From Tortispora ganteri (lineage: Eukaryota), in NCBI GenBank assembly GCA_003707115.1, contig PPNB01000012.1, positions 1 to 64,000 of the forward strand: 64,000 nt of DNA. The letters run 5' to 3'. Positions 46,612 to 56,933 of the stretch are shown here, piece by piece. The translations under genes were made by a program, and so were the position numbers. The notes under the pieces are model-generated. The model made no database searches and had not been told where the DNA came from. It was given only the letters and a program-made list of their open reading frames with translations. How positions within the stretch are numbered: position 1 is the first letter of the stretch; every line of letters begins with the position of its first letter.

Positions 46612-46892
46612 CAGTAAGAGCTCACTTCCTGTGCAATAAACTCTTGAAAGTGTAATTTTTTTACGACTTATCGCATGACATGTGCAACACGATACAGATT
46701 TTATCGCTCTATACAGAGTTCACCGAACTCTATTGACAGAACAATAGTAGATCAGATCGCCATTTGATCCATACATTACAATGAGCAAATGGCTTACAGT
46801 ACACGAATTCATGGTGTGGAAACTGTGAAAACGCATGATCTGCTGCAGCGTAAATTCATGACGTATAGAATGCGTCAGCGTTGCTAATTAAT

Positions 46893-47440
46893 ATACAAAT
46901 AGCAAAAGTTACTGTCATTGAAAATGATCTATACGAATCGTCCTTGACAACTTCTACCGTGTACACCGAGCACCATTCAAGAAGAGTACGGAAAGTTTAC
47001 GGTTTATGATGAGTTTTGTAGCTCACGCTATGAAACCGGTTATTGGATGGTACTGCGATGCGTGCTTTTCTACCATGGTGACATATGTACTTGAACCACC
47101 TATAATCACCGATGGACACATATATATCTGGAGATATTTTAAAGAGGTATCTGTGTCTGTTAACGGCGAAATCGCTATTTAGGTACCCGTCACAATCACC
47201 ATTCTTGTTGGCGCCGATCGATCAGTCAAGCAATATAACCATACCACTGGCCAAACTTAATCTTGAAGAGATCATGTCTATGGTGAACGTATCCGTTCCT
47301 GAGACTGTGGCTTGGAAGACCCAGCACTTTATGCTATGGCCAGACAACTCATAGCGTATAAAGATCATCGTTTAGATTCATTCGCGCTATAGCTCATTAT
47401 TTTAGATCATTATACAGGGTAGTACCACGTTCTATTTGTA
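46893..47440 (+). pseudogene. Relic of the adhesin family found at 1-9396 (N-terminal domain)
   Basis: Frame-joined TTSTVY..FTVYDEFC..GWYCDACFSTMVTYVLEPPIITDGHIYIWRYFKEVSVSVNGEIAI*VPVTIT aligns with TSTIY..VTVYDDQC..GWYCNQCTPATVTYVPSPPLVKDDCTYVWSYYESVSMSV..EIPVIVT. End points approximate. Confidence 0.75.
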
Positions 47441-47827
47441 AACCTTAATAGTTAAACTTTCTGAGCCCCAAATGGGTCCTTGTATGTCCAAGCACATACA
47501 GAGTCTTATGACAACATCACATTACAGACGCAATTGTCGCGTTAATCAGGTAATTTCGATGAATTCTGAGCAAGTCATACTTAGATGTGGTTTGTTTGTA
47601 ATCCACCATAGAGTTTAGAAATTGCCGCAAAGGTGCTGACGCCGAGCCAAAGCCCCAAATACTTAGATTGTCGGATAATTACGGCCGTTGTAACATATAA
47701 ACTATATTGATTTTTTTCTCATCCCCTTTCTCCTCCCCGTTCTCTCTCCCTTTCTCTTCTACCGCCAAGGCTCAACTCTTGATCTGCATAAGATCAAGAC
47801 AATTTTACTTATTTTTGCTATTTAAAA

Positions 47828-49027
47828 ATGCAGAAAGAGACGAAAATTAAACTACTACTAACACTGGACTTTGTTTTCTTCCTAGTGGAGTTGATATCAG
47901 GTTATACTGTCCATTCGCTCGCCCTCGTCGCCGATGCATTCCATATGCTGAATGACATTATATCTCTATTGGTTGCGCTATGGGCTGTACGACTTGCTAA
48001 GAGTTCGAAGGCACCTGCAGAGTACACGTACGGCTGGCAACGAGCTGAGATATTGGGTGCGCTGCTCAACGGCGTTTTCTTGGTTGCCCTCTGTCTTTCG
48101 ATCTTTTTGGATGCCGTGGAACGACTTATCAATCCGCCCATTGTAACTAATCCTTTGCTTATTTTGTGCGTAGGTACTGCCGGCTTAGTGTCGAACTTGC
48201 TAGGACTTGTTCTATTTCACGATCACGATCACGGACACGGTAACCACGAGGCACACGGTGAAGAGGGAGACGCCGTTGACACTGCTGTGTGGCCTGAAGA
48301 TGTAGTCCAACAGGTCAGTGAGTCTTTGGAAGATGGATTGGATGATGAAACATCTGGACTTGTCAATGATACATCTAATGGCCAGACATACGGAACCGTC
48401 GCTTCTACCGACTATGACCTCGAACAAGCTACACACAAGTACCATTTCCACACAATCAGTGACCGTGTGTCCAGGAAGAAGAAAGGTCACTCAAAATCGC
48501 TAAATATGCAAGGAGTATTTCTGCATGTCATGGGCGATGCACTGGGAAATGTGGGCGTGATCACAGCCGCTCTGGTCATTTGGTACTATAAAGGCCACTG
48601 GAGGTATTACATGGATCCCCTTATCAGTTTGTTCATTACGGTTATTATTTTGTCTTCTGCAATTCCTTTGTGCAAGACAACTTCTAAAATCTTGCTGCAA
48701 GCTACACCAAAGGGATTTAAGATCCAGGAAGTCGAGAAAGATATCTTATCATTGAACGGTGTAGAAAACCTGCATGACTTGCATGTCTGGATTCTCCGCG
48801 AGAACTACTACATCTGCAGTTTGCACGCTACTGTATCGATCCCTCCTAAGGATTTTATGAAACTTGCACAAGATATAAGAAGCTGCTTACATGCCTATGG
48901 CGTGCATTCGGCTACTATTCAGCCTGAGTTTGTCTGCTCTGCTCTGCAGTCTGAGCCGTCAAACTGTGCCTTTTCGTGTTGTCAGAACCCAGTTCCACCT
49001 ATCGAGGTCTCTGGTCACCACCACTAA
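47828..49027 (+). CDS. ZRC1: CDF family vacuolar Zn/Co transporter
   Basis: SLALVADAFHMLND, TYGWQRAEILGAL, His-rich loop, LNMQGVFLHVMGDALGN, HDLHVW, HSATIQPE. Confidence 0.92.
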   Translation: MQKETKIKLLLTLDFVFFLVELISGYTVHSLALVADAFHMLNDIISLLVALWAVRLAKSSKAPAEYTYGWQRAEILGALLNGVFLVALCLSIFLDAVERLINPPIVTNPLLILCVGTAGLVSNLLGLVLFHDHDHGHGNHEAHGEEGDAVDTAVWPEDVVQQVSESLEDGLDDETSGLVNDTSNGQTYGTVASTDYDLEQATHKYHFHTISDRVSRKKKGHSKSLNMQGVFLHVMGDALGNVGVITAALVIWYYKGHWRYYMDPLISLFITVIILSSAIPLCKTTSKILLQATPKGFKIQEVEKDILSLNGVENLHDLHVWILRENYYICSLHATVSIPPKDFMKLAQDIRSCLHAYGVHSATIQPEFVCSALQSEPSNCAFSCCQNPVPPIEVSGHHH

Positions 49028-49294
49028 ACAAAAACCAAAAAAGGAAGAGTAAATTATTCCCATCTTATCGACATATGATCCTGTTTATTAATGCTTTATC
49101 TACACATTAAAGATCAATTAAAGTTTCTGCCCAGTCGATATACAGCCAAACAGAAAGAAAAAAACTTTACTATATTTAACACCCGCTAATCTTAATCCCG
49201 AATTTCTCCCCTTCGACTATCCTTGCCCTCCAACAGTAGCCAGACAATCGTCCGCCTATATTCTGCTGTTTTATACTTACACACACACACAAAA

Positions 49295-50760
49295 ATGAGC
49301 AATTTTATCGGAACAAGTCGTTACTTCGCGTATTCTTCTCTCGAAGACAAGGCCAAAGCTGTTGCTACTGAAGCTAAGGCTGAAGCCGCTAAACTCGCTG
49401 CTGAAGTAAAACCTGCTTCTATCGAGTTGTATTCCAAGGACTATTTTATCGCCTGTACCATTGGTGGTATTTTAGGTAAGTAACCCATTGAAATTGCGCC
49501 GCCTTGTTTCTTTTTCTCTTTTCGCACTTATTTATGTCCACCTTTTCGCTCTTCCTAGTTTCCCGTCGGATTCCAGCGGCTTTTGTGCTCAACCCAAAAG
49601 CTCTGATTGGCCGCGCTTGACATCCGCTGTCATATGCACATAATTCATAACGCCACTTAATTCATTGCAAGACTCTTGCCTTGTTTTTGTAGCCGCCTGC
49701 CATAACGGTTTTCACGCTCTAGTGCTGCAATATTAACTGCCTTGCGTTGTCTCCTAGCCAGGTACAGCACTCTAGCGCTTCCGACCAATCCCGACACGGA
49801 CACTCCCTGCTATCCCTTAGCAACACCGCCCCGATTGAAGAACAAACGATACCAGATAGATAACCTTGGCGTGTCGTCACTTAAAAGAAAATTAGTACTA
49901 ACAATTAATTAGCTTGCGGACCTACCCACGCTGCTGTGACCCCGCTTGACCTTGTCAAGTGCCGTCGTCAGGTCAATCCTGCCGCCTATGTCTCTAACGG
50001 TGCTGCTTTCAAGTCTATCATTCAGACTGAAGGTTTCGGAGGTATCTTCACTGGTTTCGGTGCTACCTTAATTGGTTACTCTTTCCAGGGTGCCGGAAAG
50101 TACGGTCTGTACGAGTTCTTCAAGTACTATTACAGCGGTCTCATTGGTGATGAAACTGCCGAAAAGTACAAGACCTCCATGTACCTTGCTGCCTCTGCCT
50201 CTGCTGAGGTTTTCGCTGATGTCCTTTTGTGCCCTTGGGAAGCTGTCAAAGTCAGAACCCAGACTACTCTACCTCCCTTTGCCAAGGGACCTTTCGACGG
50301 ATTGAAGAAGGTTATTGCTGCTGATGGAATTGGTGGTTTGTACCGTGGATTGACTCCTTTGTGGTTCCGTCAGGTGCCTTACACCATGGTTAAGTTCGCT
50401 ACCTTTGAGAACACTGTTCAAGCGATCTATAGACAATTACCTAAGAGCAAAGATGAGTATTCTAAGTTGACCCAGACTGGTATCTCTTTCCTCGGTGGTT
50501 ACATTGCCGGTGTTTTCTGTGCTGTTGTTTCCCACCCTGCTGATGTCATGGTCTCCAAGATCAACTCCGAGAAGGAGCCTGGTGAGTCTACTGGACAAGC
50601 CGTTTCCCGTATCTACAAGCGCATTGGATTCGGCGGTCTCTGGAATGGACTTGGTATGCGTATCATTATGGTCGGTACCTTGACCGGTATGCAATGGCTC
50701 CTCTATGACTCTTTCAAGGCGTACGTTGGTCTTCCCACCAGTGGAGCCCAGAAGAAGTAA
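49295..50760 (+). CDS. PIC2: Mitochondrial phosphate/copper carrier Pic2 (intron 49476-49912)
   Basis: [39 protein letters not shown] after splicing at g|gtaagt ... tactaac..ag; three carrier repeats. Confidence 0.92.
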
Positions 50761-51454
50761 TTTCTGATGCGATTTTAACCGCCCCTATTTTTTTGTTCTA
50801 TATATGTTCTATCATATACAAACTAGACCAGCCACCTGTAGAGCTAGCTGGATGACTCACTGAAGTACACACTGTCATCCCTCCCCACAAGCGTTACTGA
50901 AACAAATACTGCCGCATGCGCCAAGAAAACGGCTCGATGACTTTATCGAGAATGATATTGTTCGCAGTATATTCACGAACTTTAACCCACACGGCTCTAT
51001 GTGTGCACTTGTTTCTGACCAATCACGGAGCTTAAAACATATACGCTCCGATGGCATAACCCAAAACATAGTGCCGGTTTTCCAGCTGACTCTGACACTT
51101 CACCTTATTACCGTACACCGGCTCAAATGGCGCCGCACTGGCCGCGCAAACCTTTAGGAGTCCAGAATTGCCGTATTTATTGGCTTCAATACTTTTCTTT
51201 TCTAATGGAAATCCTATTAGCTAATTGTCCCTATTTTAAGTGTGTAGTTCGCCGGATACTCACACCCAAAATTGCTTGAAAACTTAGTTTTAGGGCCGTA
51301 AAAGGTAATCTCGCGGCTCCAATGTTAATGCATTGAGTGAAAATAGCTTTATTCCGTTTACCAGATCGTAATACTCACTTCATATAACCTACAACTCTCG
51401 TTCCTTTGATTGTCTTTCATTCATTCCTCGCCATCCACAACACCTTTGGTGCTG

Positions 51455-53191
51455 ATGCTAGAACCGATCCCAGACTTGGGCCCCAATTTAGGATCCAAAC
51501 GATCCCGATCCGATTCTCTTAATTCTTTAGATTCTCTAGATTCTCTGGACCTTGACCATGTCCTGGCTTCAGAACTCTCCACATCTTTAGGAACTTCGGC
51601 TTGCCGCGATTTCGCCACATCCTCGCTACCTCCTCCGAGACTTCGTGCTGATGCGCCTAGTCCAACGGTCGACAGTTTCGATCATGTCGCCAACTCAAGC
51701 TCTACAGCACTGCCTGCTGATCTTCTACGGCCACCTCAACCCGCTATTAACAGACCGGGTTCTATCCTTTCCATAAACAGTCACCAATGGACACCTGATT
51801 TAGCTGCCAAGCGTACAAATGCTATTAAAAACTATTTTATCAAAAAGTTCCACATTACCGAGACGGAGGCTAGCGAACTGTTTGATACAGACCCCTCGCT
51901 ACCGGAAGATTTCGAACATGGTACCGATTTCTCCTGGATAGTTACTGACTTACTTATCGATAGATCCATTACTCCATCTAAGTTCCTTGAACTTCGCCGG
52001 ATGCTGCGCAACCAACGACGAAATTCCCTTGTAACAAAGCATGCGAAACCAGTCAGTGATCCGCATCTATTCAACTGGCCTGAACATCTCACTACTACTG
52101 CAAGAATTCGACGCCTACGTACATACACTTCCTACGCTAGCATTCAAGGTTCAAATGCCGCCCGAGTTGAATCCGTCACTGCCAGGCTTGACGGTCATAC
52201 TCTTTTTACTCACATGGCTTCCTACAACTTGCCCAGACCTACCATTATGCATTTTCAACTCAGGCATACGCTTGCCGCTGTTGATACTTCTCACGTCTAC
52301 TACAACGAGAAGGATTCCATATCTTGTCTGGACCTTCATACTGGTGAATTGACGCCGTTTATGTCAACCAACCTAATCAAGCCGACCTGTGTGGCCGCGA
52401 ATTTTGACTACCTCATTACCGGTGGGTTTTTTGGACACTATTCAATCAAACCTATGCCGATGCGCTGCAGCTACTCCGCCACTCCTGTTCACCAGGGAGT
52501 TATAACATACGACCGGGAGAATATCACGAATTATGTGGAGGCACTCAAAGATTTTGCAGTGTTCTCTTCCAACGACCATCATGTGCGCACGATTGATGTC
52601 ATCACGAATTCGTTTGTTTCTGATTACGAATATGAATGGGCTATGAACTGTGTCGCCACTCATGGTAAGTCTCAGTTACTGGTAGGCGATTCACGGGAAA
52701 CTTTATGGACTGATGCTTCTTCTGGAAAGATAATATCTCGCATCCATGGTCATCGAGATTACTCATTTGCAGCAGCCTGGTCGCCCGATGGGCGCTACTG
52801 CGCTACTGGAAACCAAGATATGACTTGTCGGATATACGACAGCAGACGGATCTCGGAGCCCCTTGCGGTTATCCCTACTCAAATCGGTGCTTGCAGGTCG
52901 CTGAAATTCGACCCTACTGGAAGGTTCTTGGCTGTAGCTGAACCTGTTGACCGCGTACACATAGTCGATGTCAGAACACTTCCAGGAACGGTTACATCTG
53001 GCCGACAACCACGAACTCTTATCGGCGGCCACACTCTCGATTTCTGGGGCGAAGTGACAGGAATAGACTGGCTTGAGAGTCACAATGGGACGTCACTGGT
53101 CATTGGTAATTCAGACCGACTCACTGGTGGCATATTGCGATACAAGCAAAGTTTCAATTCGTTAGAGGCACTTGATCAACTTTTGGACTGA
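51455..53191 (+). CDS. WD40-repeat protein (DUF2415-like, uncharacterised conserved family)
   Basis: HFQLRH, ITNYV, SSND, WAMNC, LVGDS, GHRDYSFAAAWSPDG, ATGNQDMTCRIYD, AEPVDRVHI, FWGEVTG. First ATG at 51455. Confidence 0.8.
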   Translation: MLEPIPDLGPNLGSKRSRSDSLNSLDSLDSLDLDHVLASELSTSLGTSACRDFATSSLPPPRLRADAPSPTVDSFDHVANSSSTALPADLLRPPQPAINRPGSILSINSHQWTPDLAAKRTNAIKNYFIKKFHITETEASELFDTDPSLPEDFEHGTDFSWIVTDLLIDRSITPSKFLELRRMLRNQRRNSLVTKHAKPVSDPHLFNWPEHLTTTARIRRLRTYTSYASIQGSNAARVESVTARLDGHTLFTHMASYNLPRPTIMHFQLRHTLAAVDTSHVYYNEKDSISCLDLHTGELTPFMSTNLIKPTCVAANFDYLITGGFFGHYSIKPMPMRCSYSATPVHQGVITYDRENITNYVEALKDFAVFSSNDHHVRTIDVITNSFVSDYEYEWAMNCVATHGKSQLLVGDSRETLWTDASSGKIISRIHGHRDYSFAAAWSPDGRYCATGNQDMTCRIYDSRRISEPLAVIPTQIGACRSLKFDPTGRFLAVAEPVDRVHIVDVRTLPGTVTSGRQPRTLIGGHTLDFWGEVTGIDWLESHNGTSLVIGNSDRLTGGILRYKQSFNSLEALDQLLD

Positions 53192-53377
53192 AACTAAGAA
53201 CAGCATGGAAAAAGCCAACATGGCTAACATTACAACTACATTCCCTACGACAACAAAATGTGCAACAAATTGTATAGAGTTGACTGGATCAACTATTTCA
53301 CACACGTACACAAGCGCTGCATAATTATATAAAGATTTTGAAACTCAAGGAAATAAGGTCGTAGAAGAATAATAACC

Positions 53378-55735
53378 TTATATGATAATGCAATCTTTAT
53401 CTTTGTTTTTTCGGGATTGAGATTTATCGTCTGCAATACGGGCCTTGGCTCGCTGATCGCCATTATTAGCAGCTTTCACATACCATTCCATTGCACCAAC
53501 GGGATCGGGATCTGTTCCAATTCCTTCTTCTAAGAAGTATCCAACAGCAAACTGTCCTTTGGCATCACCAGCAAAGGCAGCACGACGTGCCCATTGGTAT
53601 GCCTGTTCTTCGTTTCTGTCTAGCACACCTTCTGCTCCTGACACATACCACGACAGCAAACCCATCATGGCCATAGGCTCTCCAGCCATAGCACCGATCG
53701 TATAGTAATGAATACTCAAACTTGCATCAGGGGGGCAGTTCAGATCATCATCGCCGCGTTCATAAGCTGAACCAAGTCGAACAGCGGCTGGGCCATAGTT
53801 TAATTCTGCAGAACGGGTAAGAAGCTGCAATGCATAGTTTTTATCTGGAATAATGAGATCTTCAAAACCATTCAAGAATATAAACGCTAGTTCATATGGT
53901 GCAGCAGGGAAAATTTCATTAGCAACCTCGCTTGCACGCATGAGCCACTTTATGCCGTCGTATTTCATTTTCTTTCCTTGACTTAAGCCAAGTCTCCCAT
54001 GGTAAGCAGCTACACCATAACGAAACATCGCTCCGGGATGATTTTTGCTGCATGCCTGACGAAGGTATTGAACACATTTACGATAATCTTTGGTAGTGCC
54101 CCAGCCTTTCTCATAACATAGGGCTACACGGTAAGTAGATTCAACGTGCCCATGTTTACTTGCCGCGAGGAATAAGTTGAATGATTCTACTAGATCAGGC
54201 TTGCCAATTGTGCCAACAGAAAGAATATCTGCAATCAAGTACTGAGAATCTGTATGACCGCGCTCTGCCAATTTCTTGAGGATTCCTATAGCCTCCTTGA
54301 GAATGGCTTTGTCAGGGTCGCGCCGACTTTGCTCTTGGTGAGAAGAAGATTCTGAGCTCAGGGCAACAGAACTAGAGGAAGTCGTCCGATCAGGAGACGA
54401 GGTAACACTAGGTATTTTACCCGAAGAAGGAAACAACATATTTAAACGGGATTTGCCGTTGAGTGTAGCAGATTCGCTAGTAGAGTCGTCAGCAGGAGCT
54501 TTTTCAGCGAATGCTGCTTTTATCATAATCAAAGCTAGCTCATACTGAACACTCGGGTCGTTAGTGCGTTTAGCATTAGCTTTGTATAGTTCAAAAGTCT
54601 TTGAATGAGGCATTAGAACGTTTGAATTATCTCCGAGATGCTGCAGGAGGTTGGACTGGTCGAGGGATAACGAGTCGGACAGGGATGCGACAGAGAAGCG
54701 ACTGTTTTGAAACTCATAGGTAGACATGCGAGAGGACGAGACTGATGCGGGTCTGTTATAGATGCTATTGCGGACGGGAGTGGAAGAGCGATTCACAGGA
54801 AGAGGAAGGGCCTGATTCTGATAATCCACGGAGTTGGTAGATGAGTGACCTGGAGAGAGGCGTGGACCAGCAGAAGCCGGGGCATAGTCAAAAGAAGGAA
54901 GTGAAGAAGAACTGTGATCGTTGTTGTTCGAATTACACGGTATATCTGCGGGATCAATATCGGAGAGCCGAGGAGGGACAGGCAGCTTCGGCCTGACTTG
55001 AGAAAGAGGCCTGGAAGGCGGGTCTTGGCTGCTGGCATAGCCGATGAACTCTGGAGTTGGGGAGCGGTCTAAATCAGAAGAAGAGCCTTGAAAATGAATA
55101 GAGACGTGATCGGGGTATCTGTATGCTGCAGGGCTGGACGGAGAAGCGGAGTTTCTCCTCCAGTTGCTCATGATTGTAGTGTCTTCGGGTATAGGAAAGA
55201 TAGGAGAAGAGGAGCTTCGCTTGGAGCTGAGAGAAGACAAGCTAGAGGAAACGTAATGGCGAGAGCGTAGCTTTGCAGAAGAATGATAAGGGGCAGCGAC
55301 CGTTGAAGGAAAGGACGGGCTAGTAGGCGAGACAGATGCAGATCTTCCGGGAAGGCGGAAGGACCTTGAGAGCGTTTCCGATACGGCCTGCGGCGCGGGA
55401 GATGAAGAGACCGACGGGTATGCAGATTGATCGTCTAACGGAGAAACAATGCTTTCCGTAGAGGAAGAGAGTGATTTTGAAACGGAGGTTGAGTCAGCGA
55501 GGGAGGGAGGGATGCCGGCGTCGGGAGAGGCTGAGTCGAAAGAATGCAAAGAAAGCGAGGCGGATGGTGGCGAGGAAACTATGTCAGCAGGAAGATCAGC
55601 AAGGAGATTATCCTTCTGCGGAACAAGTGGAATGGCAATAGAAGGTTCAAGGCCGCAAACGGAAAGAGGAAGAGACTGTGCTTGAAAAGAAGTGACGCGT
55701 GAAGGGTCGTGTTGAGGTGGAGAGGGTAAGTTCAT
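53378..55735 (-). CDS. SKT5: Chitin synthase III activator Skt5/Chs4 (Sel1 repeats, C-terminal CaaX)
   Basis: Ser/Pro-rich N-terminus, ELYKANAKRTND, Sel1 repeats (ASKHGHVES, SIHYYTIGA) and terminal DCIII prenylation motif. ATG at 55735. Confidence 0.9.
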   Translation of the reverse strand: MNLPSPPQHDPSRVTSFQAQSLPLSVCGLEPSIAIPLVPQKDNLLADLPADIVSSPPSASLSLHSFDSASPDAGIPPSLADSTSVSKSLSSSTESIVSPLDDQSAYPSVSSSPAPQAVSETLSRSFRLPGRSASVSPTSPSFPSTVAAPYHSSAKLRSRHYVSSSLSSLSSKRSSSSPIFPIPEDTTIMSNWRRNSASPSSPAAYRYPDHVSIHFQGSSSDLDRSPTPEFIGYASSQDPPSRPLSQVRPKLPVPPRLSDIDPADIPCNSNNNDHSSSSLPSFDYAPASAGPRLSPGHSSTNSVDYQNQALPLPVNRSSTPVRNSIYNRPASVSSSRMSTYEFQNSRFSVASLSDSLSLDQSNLLQHLGDNSNVLMPHSKTFELYKANAKRTNDPSVQYELALIMIKAAFAEKAPADDSTSESATLNGKSRLNMLFPSSGKIPSVTSSPDRTTSSSSVALSSESSSHQEQSRRDPDKAILKEAIGILKKLAERGHTDSQYLIADILSVGTIGKPDLVESFNLFLAASKHGHVESTYRVALCYEKGWGTTKDYRKCVQYLRQACSKNHPGAMFRYGVAAYHGRLGLSQGKKMKYDGIKWLMRASEVANEIFPAAPYELAFIFLNGFEDLIIPDKNYALQLLTRSAELNYGPAAVRLGSAYERGDDDLNCPPDASLSIHYYTIGAMAGEPMAMMGLLSWYVSGAEGVLDRNEEQAYQWARRAAFAGDAKGQFAVGYFLEEGIGTDPDPVGAMEWYVKAANNGDQRAKARIADDKSQSRKNKDKDCIII

Positions 55736-56933
55736 TTGGAGGGTGTATAAGGTTAACGCTTCGGGAGGCAGAGTTAGGCAGATGCTCTTTTTACCTAAGT
55801 GCAGAAAAAGAGCGGTTAAGTGCAAATAATGAGTACAAGTAGACAGATGTACTTGTAATAAAATAATAAACAGAGCAGAGACCCCTGTTAGTGCGCTTTT
55901 GAGTGTGCAGAGTAGGAAAGCGAGCGAATAGTTTTAAGCAGTAATAGGACCAAATGTCAAACTTTAATTCAACACAATTTTCTCGTTATACCCCTGTTGA
56001 GAGTGCAGGAGAGCTACGGCAGGCTGTGTAGTATTTAGTGCTTGGAGGAGGGATAAAGGATACGCGTAATTTTGGCGGGAAGGTATGAAAAATAGGAGGT
56101 CTGCGTAACAAAGAGATGAACAGACAATAAATAAGAACAGAAAAAGTTTAGAGGTCGGTACAAAATATGCAGCTTCGAAGGTGTACGCAAGAGTCTCTGA
56201 AAACCAGTCCAGTCGTTAGCGCACTAAACAATCCAACTTCTAACAAAAAAACTAGTCCAATTCAACCCGCTGTGGCAAGTAATGCGGCCGACCAAAGTCC
56301 TGGACTAGGAAAAATGAAGCGTTGAGGCTGGTTAAGAAAATACAAGACCTTTATATCGCACTGCACGTCGGATGGTGCTATTTTGATTCTGTGAGTTTAT
56401 TCGGAACCTTAATTTAAAGAACTGAACTTTATTATAAACGAGGGCTTGCTACAGTAGTTCCTTTTATCCAATAGCACTGTCTTAGAACTCATTCGTAAAA
56501 CCACCTTATATACTAAAATTGCACTGTTCCATAAATTCCATCTGTTCAGTAAACTGACGTTCAAAAGTTGCAATACTGTGCAGGATTGCTTCACAACTAA
56601 CTTAAAACAGCACGGAATCAACCTTAATGCTAAATGAACTACTCCATGCAGTGCCGAAACCCTCTCTTGGAGTTCTCCACTTCAGAATTTAAACGTCGAC
56701 TTCGTCATCGACACTGCGTTCGATATATATATCCGCTGTGGATATACTCTCATAACTCCATTAGCCAGACACGCAATATATAGCCGTACTAGATAATATG
56801 CTGTTCACTAACCTCTCGCTCGAATTGTGCCTTACGTGAAATATGGCCAGGAACGTAAAAATCCTATCCTCAAATGGACCCTGTAATCAAGAGCCTCTAA
56901 TATGGGCCGCCATTTTCCAAACCTGTCTCTCTT

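Noticed and set aside
47112..47354. 80-aa ORF in the CIA1-ZRC1 spacer
   Set aside because: Off-frame reading of the adhesin relic.
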